NCBI GenBank assembly: GCA_947074145.1 | Contig: CAMTOJ010000007.1 | Location: 42,742-106,741, forward strand | Reading direction: 5' to 3' | Length of the DNA: 64,000 nucleotides | Source of the DNA: an uncultured Bacteroidales bacterium | Lineage (GTDB): Bacteria > Bacteroidota > Bacteroidia > Bacteroidales > JAUNSR01 | Shown here: positions 38,261-45,605 of the stretch, one piece after another | Numbering within the stretch: the first letter of the stretch is position 1 | How the letters are laid out: every line of letters begins with the position of its first letter | Made by a program: the position numbers and the translations under genes | Notes under the pieces: generated by a model | The model's database searches: none | Told to the model about the DNA's origin: nothing | Seen by the model: the letters and a program-made list of their open reading frames with translations, nothing else

Positions 38261-39670
38261 TTATAGTGTTTCTTGTTTAAGACTTTCCGCATAACGATCT
38301 ATTCTCATCAATTCCTTAGGAATCTTTATTGTTTGAGGACAATGATGACTACATTGATCACATCCGATACAATGATTTGCCTGCCTTAATTTCGGCACCG
38401 TACGGTCATAGCCCACAAGAAATGCTCTTCTTGATTTTTTATAATTCTCATCCTGACTACTTTGTGGGAAATTATCTTCTGACACACATTTATTATAATG
38501 GAGAAATATTGACGGAATATCTATACCATAAGGACAAGGCATACAATACTGACAAGCAGTACAAGCTACAAGAGGATATTCAATCATTAATTTTGCAGTT
38601 TCTTCAAGCAAATGATTTTCCTTCTCAGTAAGAGGTTCTAAAGGAGAATATGTCTTAAGATTATCCTGCAAATGTTCCATATATGTCATCCCACTAAGCA
38701 CGGTAAGAACACCCGGAAAAGACCCGGCATATCTAAAAGCCCATGACGCTATACTATTATCTCTTTTTTGTTGTTTAAGCCTTCCCATCAGATAATCGGG
38801 AAGTTTTGCAAGTCGCCCTCCTAAAAGAGGTTCCATTATAATTGAAGGAATACCTCTTTTTTGCAACTCCTCATACAAATATGAAGCATTCGTATTAGCC
38901 TTATTTATCTGTTTTGCATAATTCCAGTCTAAATAATTAAGCTGGATCTGCACAAAATCCCATTTTATTTCATCATGTCGTGAAAGCAGATAATCAAAAA
39001 CCTCAATATCACCATGATAAGAAAAACCAAGGTTACGTATTCTTCCTGCTTTCCTTTCCTCTATCAAAAAGTCTAGTATTCCATTATCAAGATAACGTCT
39101 ATGCAATGAATTCATTCCTCCCTGACCTATGGCATGAAGAAGCATATAATCGATATAATCTACCTGTAATTCTTTGAAAGAATCATAGTACATTTTCAAC
39201 GATGCCTCTCTACTCCATGTATCGGGAGAAAAATTAGACAGCTTTGTTGCTATATAATACTTATTTCTGGGATGACGTTTTAATGCAATACCTAACGATT
39301 TTTCAGATTCTCCGCGACAATACACAGGCGATGTATCAAAATAATTCACTCCATTCTCAAGAGCATGATCAGTTAAAGCATTAACAGCTTCCTGATCTAT
39401 AGTATTTGCATTCTCCCTTGCACTATTTCCAGCAATAGTAGGAAGGCGCATAAATCCAAACCCAAGCAATGAAACTCTATCTCCCGTACTCGGAGTCTGA
39501 CGGTAAGTCATTTCTCCCTTTTGAGATAATGACAATGTAGTTCCTCCTCTTTCTTCGTCTTTTGGTTTGAAACCCACAAGAGCTGCTGACGAAACAACTG
39601 CGCTGCCGCCTAAAAGTTTGATAAAATTTCTGCGACCTATATTATTTTTATTATTCTTATTTTCTGACAT
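38261..39670 (-). CDS. Tat-signal aldo/keto reductase fused to a C-terminal 2x[4Fe-4S] ferredoxin domain
   Basis: Twin-arginine leader MSENKNNKNNIGRRNFIKLLGGSAVVSSAALVG. AKR motif GVNYFDTSPVYCRGESEKSLG. C-terminal CTACQYCMPCP and CIGCDQCSHHCP. The ATG at 39670 is preferred; the 39763 extension overlaps the upstream gene. Confidence 0.85.
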   Translation of the reverse strand: MSENKNNKNNIGRRNFIKLLGGSAVVSSAALVGFKPKDEERGGTTLSLSQKGEMTYRQTPSTGDRVSLLGFGFMRLPTIAGNSARENANTIDQEAVNALTDHALENGVNYFDTSPVYCRGESEKSLGIALKRHPRNKYYIATKLSNFSPDTWSREASLKMYYDSFKELQVDYIDYMLLHAIGQGGMNSLHRRYLDNGILDFLIEERKAGRIRNLGFSYHGDIEVFDYLLSRHDEIKWDFVQIQLNYLDWNYAKQINKANTNASYLYEELQKRGIPSIIMEPLLGGRLAKLPDYLMGRLKQQKRDNSIASWAFRYAGSFPGVLTVLSGMTYMEHLQDNLKTYSPLEPLTEKENHLLEETAKLMIEYPLVACTACQYCMPCPYGIDIPSIFLHYNKCVSEDNFPQSSQDENYKKSRRAFLVGYDRTVPKLRQANHCIGCDQCSHHCPQTIKIPKELMRIDRYAESLKQETL

Positions 39671-39680
39671 AATCTTTCTT

Positions 39681-41198
39681 TTAAATAGTTCTGTGCATTG
39701 TGTGACCCTCAACGTAAATAGCACTGAATGGTCGTGCAGGACATAGATTCTCGCAAGCGCCACAGCCTATGCAACGTTCGGTATTAATTGTGGGAATCTT
39801 TTTAGAATCAAATCCGTCTTCATCCATTTCAATCATAACAATTGCTCCTACGGGACAATGTCGGGCACAATTTCCACAACTTACTCCATCTGTAAGAACG
39901 ACGCAATTCTTTTCTATCCATACCGCATGCCCTATTTGTGTAGATGATTTATCTTCTCTTGATACTGCGGTAATAGCACCTGCCGGACATACTTCGGAAC
40001 ATTTTGTACATTCAGGTCTGCAATATCCTCTTTCGTACGACATCTCCGGTTGCATAAAAGAAGTCAGGGCGGTAGATGGTCTCAACACATTATTCGGACA
40101 TGCCGAAACACAAAGCTGACATCCAGTACAACGACGAGTAAAATTTCTTAGATTTTGAGCACCTGCAGGCACTAACTGAGTCTGACGTTCCGGTATTTTT
40201 TTATCTTCTATGAATGCAAGTCCCCCGTCTACTTTCTTTCCTTGTGCTTTAATAGCAGAGGTAGCTAACAGTGTGCCCGCAATCGTAAGCATATTTCGTC
40301 TTGAGGAATCAATCTGGTCATTAGATACCATTGCTTTTTCAGGAACAGGTTGCTCTTTAACCGATTCTTCTTTAGGCTGTCCGAAAGAAGGAGTATATTT
40401 TATCGCCTCTTTTTTACATTTCCCTATACAATTATAGCAACTCACACATCTCGAATAATCAATTGTATGCGATTTTGCATCAATACATGAAGCCTTACAA
40501 TTTTTTGCACAAAGTCCACAACTATTACATTTTGAAGTATCAATACGATGTTTATAAATAGAGAACTGAGATAAAAAACCAAGAACTGTACCAACAGGAC
40601 ATATTGTATTACAATAAGTTCTACCTCCTCTCCATGCCAATACAACAATAGATATCAAAGTGATGACAGCTATTGAAAATGTTGATATTGATCTGATCCA
40701 AACCTCTTTTTCATAAAAAGCATAACTGTCCATTCTTTCAGCCAATGAAGCAAAGAAATTATTGACCAACTGATATAAAGGAGCTAAAAGATTTGAAACT
40801 ATTCTTCCAAAGGCACTATAAGGCTCCAAAAGAGCAACAAAGGATCCAAAGCCGGCTATAAAAGCAATAACAAACAATATTAAGACTCCATAACGTAACC
40901 ATGACATAGCCTTTGAAAAATAAAATCTGTTTTTCTTATTTCGTGATGCGACTTTTGAGATCAGATCCTGAAATAATCCAAGAGGGCATACCACAGAACA
41001 ATAAATTCGGCCCAATAAAAGAGTAATAAGAATTAATCCTGTTATTATTCCAAAGTTCAACGCCATTAATGCCGGAAAGAACTGAATCTTTGCCATCCAG
41101 CCAAACCAGGTGTGAATAGTTCCCGTAAAATCGAGAAACAATAAAGTAATCAGAGCCATAAACAAAACGGCGGAGATGGTTCTTATTCTTTTTAGCAT
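39681..41198 (-). CDS. Membrane polyferredoxin: NapH-like module (4 TM, two CxxxCP, two [4Fe-4S]) fused through an RR-containing TM to a NapG-like 4-cluster ferredoxin
   Basis: CSVVCPLG (aa 67-73) and CNTICPVG (196-202). CNSCGLCAKNC and CVSCYNCIGKC. Internal SSRRNMLTIAGTLLATSAIKA (aa 298-318). Then CTGCQLCVSACP, CRPECTKCSEVCP, CGNCARHCP and CIGCGACENLCP. Confidence 0.8.
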   Translation of the reverse strand: MLKRIRTISAVLFMALITLLFLDFTGTIHTWFGWMAKIQFFPALMALNFGIITGLILITLLLGRIYCSVVCPLGLFQDLISKVASRNKKNRFYFSKAMSWLRYGVLILFVIAFIAGFGSFVALLEPYSAFGRIVSNLLAPLYQLVNNFFASLAERMDSYAFYEKEVWIRSISTFSIAVITLISIVVLAWRGGRTYCNTICPVGTVLGFLSQFSIYKHRIDTSKCNSCGLCAKNCKASCIDAKSHTIDYSRCVSCYNCIGKCKKEAIKYTPSFGQPKEESVKEQPVPEKAMVSNDQIDSSRRNMLTIAGTLLATSAIKAQGKKVDGGLAFIEDKKIPERQTQLVPAGAQNLRNFTRRCTGCQLCVSACPNNVLRPSTALTSFMQPEMSYERGYCRPECTKCSEVCPAGAITAVSREDKSSTQIGHAVWIEKNCVVLTDGVSCGNCARHCPVGAIVMIEMDEDGFDSKKIPTINTERCIGCGACENLCPARPFSAIYVEGHTMHRTI

Positions 41199-41274
41199 AG
41201 TTAATCTATTAATGTGATTGTTAGTTATTTGATTTATGAGTAAATTATATCAATGTGTTATTTATATTTCTTCT

Positions 41275-41898
41275 TTATTTAATGTAGCCATGTTCTCTCA
41301 GCCATTTTTCCAGAGCAGAACGCGATGATGTAACTCTGTTCCTTGATATTGCCGGTATAGCAATAACTTTGGCATCTTTTTCAAGTTTAGTAATAGTTTC
41401 AACAGATTGAGAAAATCCACTTCCTCCATGTGTGCAAAATGATATTATAGTCTTACCACTGAAATCATAATCCTCAAAAAAGGAATATATCACCATTGGC
41501 ATATCATACCACCAATTGGGATAACCAACGAATATAACATCATACTGATTAAAATTTTCTATTTTATTTGCAATCTTGGGATAATTTTTATTTTCAGCTT
41601 CTTTTTTGGCATAATCGATAAGCTCCTTATGATTACCGGGATATTCAAAATTTGTTTTTATCTGAAAAAGTTCACCTCCTGTCAAACTTGCAATCTCCAT
41701 CGCTATATATTCTGTTGCTCCGTAAAGTTTTCCCTCTGCAATCACTCTGCTTGCACCACTTGAAGCATCAACTCCATCTGTTTCCGGAACAGTGAAATAG
41801 GATACTAAAACCTTATGTTTATTATTCTGTGCCAGAGATGGCAAAGAACATAAAATCAAAAAAAGTAAAATAGTCGTTGAAACAAATATCTTTTTCAT
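41275..41898 (-). CDS. Flavodoxin-like (Flavodoxin_4-type) protein with Sec signal peptide
   Basis: Signal MKKIFVSTTILLFLILCSLPSLAQ. VLVSYFT..., YDVIFVGYPNWWYDMP and FCTHGGSG are typical of the short flavodoxin-like family. Confidence 0.75.
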   Translation of the reverse strand: MKKIFVSTTILLFLILCSLPSLAQNNKHKVLVSYFTVPETDGVDASSGASRVIAEGKLYGATEYIAMEIASLTGGELFQIKTNFEYPGNHKELIDYAKKEAENKNYPKIANKIENFNQYDVIFVGYPNWWYDMPMVIYSFFEDYDFSGKTIISFCTHGGSGFSQSVETITKLEKDAKVIAIPAISRNRVTSSRSALEKWLREHGYIK

Positions 41899-41968
41899 AT
41901 CTATCTGATTTACAAAATTTATCCGATGTAAAAATATATATCAAAAATCAAGAAATCGAACACGAATT

Positions 41969-41987
41969 ACTGATGATTGTATACAAA
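41969..41987 (-). promoter_or_regulatory. Operator-like motif TTTGTATACAA-T-CATCAGT upstream of the flavodoxin operon (divergent from araC-type gene)
   Basis: The plus strand reads ACTGATGATTGTATACAAA. It contains the perfect 10-bp palindrome TTGTATACAA, lies 70 nt upstream of the flavodoxin ATG, and is embedded in a direct repeat AATTACTGAT (41965-41974, 41986-41995). Confidence 0.5.
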
Positions 41988-42125
41988 TTACTGATTAAAT
42001 CTATTTAATAGTTTCAACTAATACATATTACGGATTCTTTTATACTTATTACTTATTATAAATCAAGATTATATGACTACTCAAAACTATAATTATTTTT
42101 GTAAAAAACAAAAACATATTGTATC

Positions 42126-43025
42126 ATGAAGGATATTAAAAAATATACTACTATAGACGAATATAATAAATCTATGGGAGTGGAAACTCTCCACCCTCTT
42201 GTATCTATAATTGATTTTTCAAAAACTAATCATCAAGGGGAATTTCCGGCAGGACACTCTTTCGGTTATTATACTGTTTTTCTTAAAGATGTCAGATGCG
42301 GTGATATGAAATATGGAAGGAACTACTATGACTACCAAGAGGGAACACTTGTTTTTCTTGCCCCTGATCAAATTGTCAGAATTGAAAATAGGATGCCTCA
42401 TAAGCCAAAGGGATGGGCTCTTATGTTTCATGCCGATCTGATAAGAGGTACATCTCTTGCAAAGAGTATGAAAGACTTCAGCTTCTTCTCTTATGAGGTG
42501 TTTGAAGCATTACACTTATCAGAACAAGAGCGACAAATTGTGCTCGAATGTTTCGCAAATATAGCATCCGAATTAAAACATGATATAGATAAGCATTCCG
42601 CAAGATTAATTGTATCAAATATTGAGCTATTTCTAAATTATTGCATACGTTTCTACGATCGTCAATTCATTACAAGAGGACATGTTAATAGTGATATCTT
42701 AAGCAAATTTGAAAATATTCTAAATGAATATTTCCATTCCGATCAACCACAAAAAAACGGTTTGCCAACGGTCAAATATTGTGCCGACAAACTTAACATA
42801 TCAGCAAATTATCTCGGAGATCTCTTAAAAAAGGAAACAGGCAAAAGCGCTCAAGAACATGTTCAATTACGTCTTATTGAGATTGCAAAAGAAAAAATGT
42901 TTGAAAAAGACAAATCTATTAGTCAAGTGGCTTATGAGTTAGGATTTGAATACCCTCAATATTTCAGTCGACTTTTCAAAAAAAGGGTTGGTATGACACC
43001 TAACGAATACAGATCATTGAATTAA
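42126..43025 (+). CDS. AraC-family transcriptional regulator (cupin-like sensor plus 2x HTH)
   Basis: C-terminal SISQVAYELGFEYPQYFSRLFKKRVGMTPNEYR. The N-terminal ~150 aa form an AraC-binding-like domain. Confidence 0.85.
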   Translation: MKDIKKYTTIDEYNKSMGVETLHPLVSIIDFSKTNHQGEFPAGHSFGYYTVFLKDVRCGDMKYGRNYYDYQEGTLVFLAPDQIVRIENRMPHKPKGWALMFHADLIRGTSLAKSMKDFSFFSYEVFEALHLSEQERQIVLECFANIASELKHDIDKHSARLIVSNIELFLNYCIRFYDRQFITRGHVNSDILSKFENILNEYFHSDQPQKNGLPTVKYCADKLNISANYLGDLLKKETGKSAQEHVQLRLIEIAKEKMFEKDKSISQVAYELGFEYPQYFSRLFKKRVGMTPNEYRSLN

Positions 43026-43043
43026 AATTTTAGACTTCTGTGA

Positions 43044-43062
43044 TTTGTATACAAACATCAGT
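43044..43062 (+). promoter_or_regulatory. Operator-like motif TTTGTATACAA-A-CATCAGT upstream of the cupin gene
   Basis: Same 19-nt motif as 41969-41987 (18/19 identical), in the same orientation relative to the downstream gene, 52 nt from the ATG. It sits just upstream of the TACCTTTG -7 box. Confidence 0.5.
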
Positions 43063-43095
43063 AAAATGTTTAAAAACAAGTTGCATTTCAAGAGA

Positions 43096-43103
43096 TACCT
43101 TTG
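43096..43103 (+). promoter_or_regulatory. Candidate -7 box (TACCTTTG) for the cupin gene
   Basis: Matches TAnnTTTG, 11 nt upstream of the ATG at 43115. Confidence 0.4.
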
Positions 43104-43114
43104 CTTTAGATTAA

Positions 43115-43621
43115 ATGACAACTATCATGAAAAGAAAAATTGTTTCAACTATATGCTTTTTATCTCTTTTTTCCATAACAATATTAAATTCACAGAACAT
43201 GGATAATAAAGAAATCCCTAAAATCAGCGATTTTCCTGTAGGCAATAAACTGCCCGAAATCTATTCTCAATATTTTATAGGTCAGGCATATCTTGCCCCT
43301 CTTACTCATGATAAAGATCTTAACGTTCCGATATCAAATGTAACATTCGAACCGGGCTGCCGGAATAACTGGCATAGCCACACAGGTGGACAAACTCTTG
43401 TTGTAGTTGGTGGTCAGGGATGGTATCAGGAAAAAGGACAACCTGCTCGTTTTCTCAAACCCGGAGATGTTGTTGAAATAGAAAAAAATGTCGTACACTG
43501 GCACGGAGCAACCGCCGATAGTTGGTTTTCACATCTTGCCATTGAATGTAATCCTGAATATAACAAGAATACATGGCTTGAGCCTGTTACTGATGAAGAA
43601 TATTCACAACTCAAGAAATAA
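43115..43621 (+). CDS. Secreted cupin-domain protein
   Basis: Signal peptide MTTIMKRKIVSTICFLSLFSITILNSQ. Cupin metal motif NNWHSHTGGQTLVVVGG...VHWHGA. Confidence 0.8.
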   Translation: MTTIMKRKIVSTICFLSLFSITILNSQNMDNKEIPKISDFPVGNKLPEIYSQYFIGQAYLAPLTHDKDLNVPISNVTFEPGCRNNWHSHTGGQTLVVVGGQGWYQEKGQPARFLKPGDVVEIEKNVVHWHGATADSWFSHLAIECNPEYNKNTWLEPVTDEEYSQLKK

Positions 43622-43660
43622 AGAGATCTGATATCTCTTTTTAGTTTATTTCCTAACCAT

Positions 43661-43726
43661 ACGGTCCGATCATTCCATCACTAAATCACTTTCTTTTATA
43701 TACTATTTTTTCGGACCGTTTTTTTA
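43661..43726 (+). other. Long-loop GC-rich hairpin plus T6 tract in the tatA leader (terminator, attenuator or small RNA 3' end)
   Basis: ACGGTCCGA (43661-43669) / TCGGACCGT (43711-43719) with a 41-nt loop, followed by TTTTTT. It ends 20 nt before the tatA ATG. A weaker hairpin AAGAGAT/ATCTCTT at 43621-43639 follows the cupin stop. Confidence 0.45.
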
Positions 43727-43745
43727 AACATCAAAAAAACATATT

Positions 43746-43955
43746 ATGTCATCACTTTTTCTGTTTATGATGCCCGGTGGTCAAGAGATCATATTAATTC
43801 TTATCCTTGTTGTATTGCTTTTCGGAGGTAAGAAAATACCCGAATTGATGAAAGGTGTAGGTATAGGAATAAAAAGCTTTAAAGAGGGAATGAATGGAAT
43901 ATCGGAGAACGATAAACAGGATAATGAGAACAATAAATCTGCTTCCAAAAGATAG
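43746..43955 (+). CDS. tatA: Twin-arginine translocase subunit TatA/E
   Basis: [38 protein letters not shown] is the TatA TM plus amphipathic helix signature. 69 aa. No tatC in the window. Confidence 0.85.
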   Translation: MSSLFLFMMPGGQEIILILILVVLLFGGKKIPELMKGVGIGIKSFKEGMNGISENDKQDNENNKSASKR

Positions 43956-44047
43956 ACAATTCAACCTTTTTTTAATTTAATAGATCAGTAAAGATTGCAA
44001 CCTTTCCCAAATAGGTTTCATGAATTCAGATAATCTTGTTATGTAAA

Positions 44048-44094
44048 AAAAGCAGAGTAACATCACTTCACTGACGATTACTCTGCTTTTCTTT
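44048..44094. terminator. Bidirectional terminator between tatA and the TraB/GumN gene
   Basis: Perfect 13-bp stem AAAAGCAGAGTAA (44048-44060) / TTACTCTGCTTTT (44078-44090). Confidence 0.8.
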
Positions 44095-44147
44095 TATCAT
44101 CCTTAATATTAAAGATTAAGGTTCGATGTACACAAATGTAAATTATT

Positions 44148-45029
44148 CTATTTAAAAGATCTTATCCCTGTCAGAGTATATCCCTGTTTTTCCAAAAGAT
44201 CTATCATCCCCTCCTCTGCCGGAAGATGTGCTGCACCAACCACCAAAAGGATAGACTTGTGTGGAAGAATCGATTTTAATTGTTCAGCCCAATCTCTGTT
44301 TCTTTTAATTATAATTGACTCGACCTCCTCTTTGGTCATACCCGTATCATCGTCATCTTCATTCATTAACTCTTTTAATTTATCTATATCTTGCGACATA
44401 TAAGAAAGAGAAGATCTTTTGCTTATCTCAATATATTTCTCAGGATTTTCTACATACTTCATAAGATTTTCAATTTGCGCAGACAAAGACGTACCGAATA
44501 ATAGTTTGCATTGTTGTTCTAATGTCTCTAATCCTTTAACTTCAATATTTTTCTCTAAAGCAAGTTTTTGAAAATAAGTATCGAGCTGAAATTCTGAATC
44601 AAAATCAGGAAATACATCAAGAGATCTCTTTGCTTCGATAGTTGTAACAAGAACTACCGGTTTCAACATTTTGGCATTATTAATATCCATTCCAAGCTCA
44701 CACTTTATCAACTCCCCTACTTTTTTATATTGTTCGTTAGTCAATATCACATCAAGAAGAGAATCCTGTGGCAAAGTCATATACTTTTTAATAATATCTC
44801 CATGGTTTGTCAACTCCGTAAAAACTAACTCTGCATAAACACAATCGATATTTTTATAAATATCATATATTCCCGGAATACTATCCAAAATAGATTTTGG
44901 CGCGAAATGATGAGTCCCGAACATATAAGAAGGCTTACTCAACCCGTTACCCGAAATCTCCCACAACAGCTGAGCCCGAATATTAAAAAATATTACAAGC
45001 GAGAAAATTAGTATAATGATTCTCTTCAT
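44148..45029 (-). CDS. TraB/GumN-family protein, secreted
   Basis: LLWEISGNGLSKPSYMFGTHH and C-terminal VVGAAHL. Confidence 0.8.
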   Translation of the reverse strand: MKRIIILIFSLVIFFNIRAQLLWEISGNGLSKPSYMFGTHHFAPKSILDSIPGIYDIYKNIDCVYAELVFTELTNHGDIIKKYMTLPQDSLLDVILTNEQYKKVGELIKCELGMDINNAKMLKPVVLVTTIEAKRSLDVFPDFDSEFQLDTYFQKLALEKNIEVKGLETLEQQCKLLFGTSLSAQIENLMKYVENPEKYIEISKRSSLSYMSQDIDKLKELMNEDDDDTGMTKEEVESIIIKRNRDWAEQLKSILPHKSILLVVGAAHLPAEEGMIDLLEKQGYTLTGIRSFK

Positions 45030-45149
45030 TATATATCAATATTATAAGTACATGTCAAATGTAGCATATTTTATTTTCAGTTTGGGAATAAGAGAATGAA
45101 AGCTGATTTCTTATAAATACTTTTCAAAAAATATAAACACAAAAAGTTG

Positions 45150-45231
45150 ACACTTTGCAAAGGTTAATATATAACCTGGCAAGGTTTTATATCACACCTC
45201 GTCAGATTTTATATTACACCTTGCAAGGTGT
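45150..45231. repeat. Palindromic intergenic element, locus C (one perfect and three degenerate copies)
   Basis: ACACTTTGCAAAGGT (45150-45164), AACCTGGCAAGGTT (45173-45186), half-copy ACACCTC (45194-45200) and perfect ACACCTTGCAAGGTGT (45216-45231), the last preceded by ATTTTATATT as in loci A and B. Confidence 0.85.
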
Positions 45232-45469
45232 TAATCTTTTTGCTTGATATTCACTGAAATTAATTTACAGTTTGACAATCTAAAAAATGATCCAATTACA
45301 TATTAAAGCAATTAAATAAATATGATTACTGAATCTATTTTAAATACTACATCACTGTATTTTATTTTTTTATTGTCATCTGATCAAAAAACCTCTAAAA
45401 CACTTCAAAAGGCACTGCAAACAGAATAAATAAACATTTAATACCGCTATCAATAACATTTCAGAGACT

Positions 45470-45488
45470 CTGTTTACCTACTGTTTAC
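45470..45488 (+). promoter_or_regulatory. Direct repeat CTGTTTAC-N3-CTGTTTAC upstream of susC (candidate HTCS/AraC-type binding site)
   Basis: Copies at 45470-45477 and 45481-45488 (11-bp period), about 42 bp upstream of a TAACTTTG -7 box. Confidence 0.4.
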
Positions 45489-45529
45489 TCGTCTAAAACA
45501 ATTTTATATAGTTACCAAAATTGCAACCA

Positions 45530-45537
45530 TAACTTTG
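45530..45537 (+). promoter_or_regulatory. Candidate -7 box (TAACTTTG) for the susC operon
   Basis: Matches TAnnTTTG, 68 nt upstream of the ATG at 45606. Confidence 0.4.
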
Positions 45538-45605
45538 TAGTATTGAAAAATACAAACGCCGAAGAGCGCTTTTATGCTTTTATATTAACTTTTAAATAAC
45601 TTACC

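Noticed and set aside
39671-39763. N-terminal extension of the AKR ORF (MALARIYVLHDH...) overlapping the polyferredoxin 3' end
   Set aside because: The ATG at 39670 yields a canonical Tat leader right at the N-terminus and leaves a 10-nt gap. The extension would bury the signal.
39769-40119. 116-aa plus-strand ORF antisense to the polyferredoxin gene
   Set aside because: The opposite strand encodes regularly spaced CxxCxxCxxxC motifs. The antisense ORF has no recognisable features.
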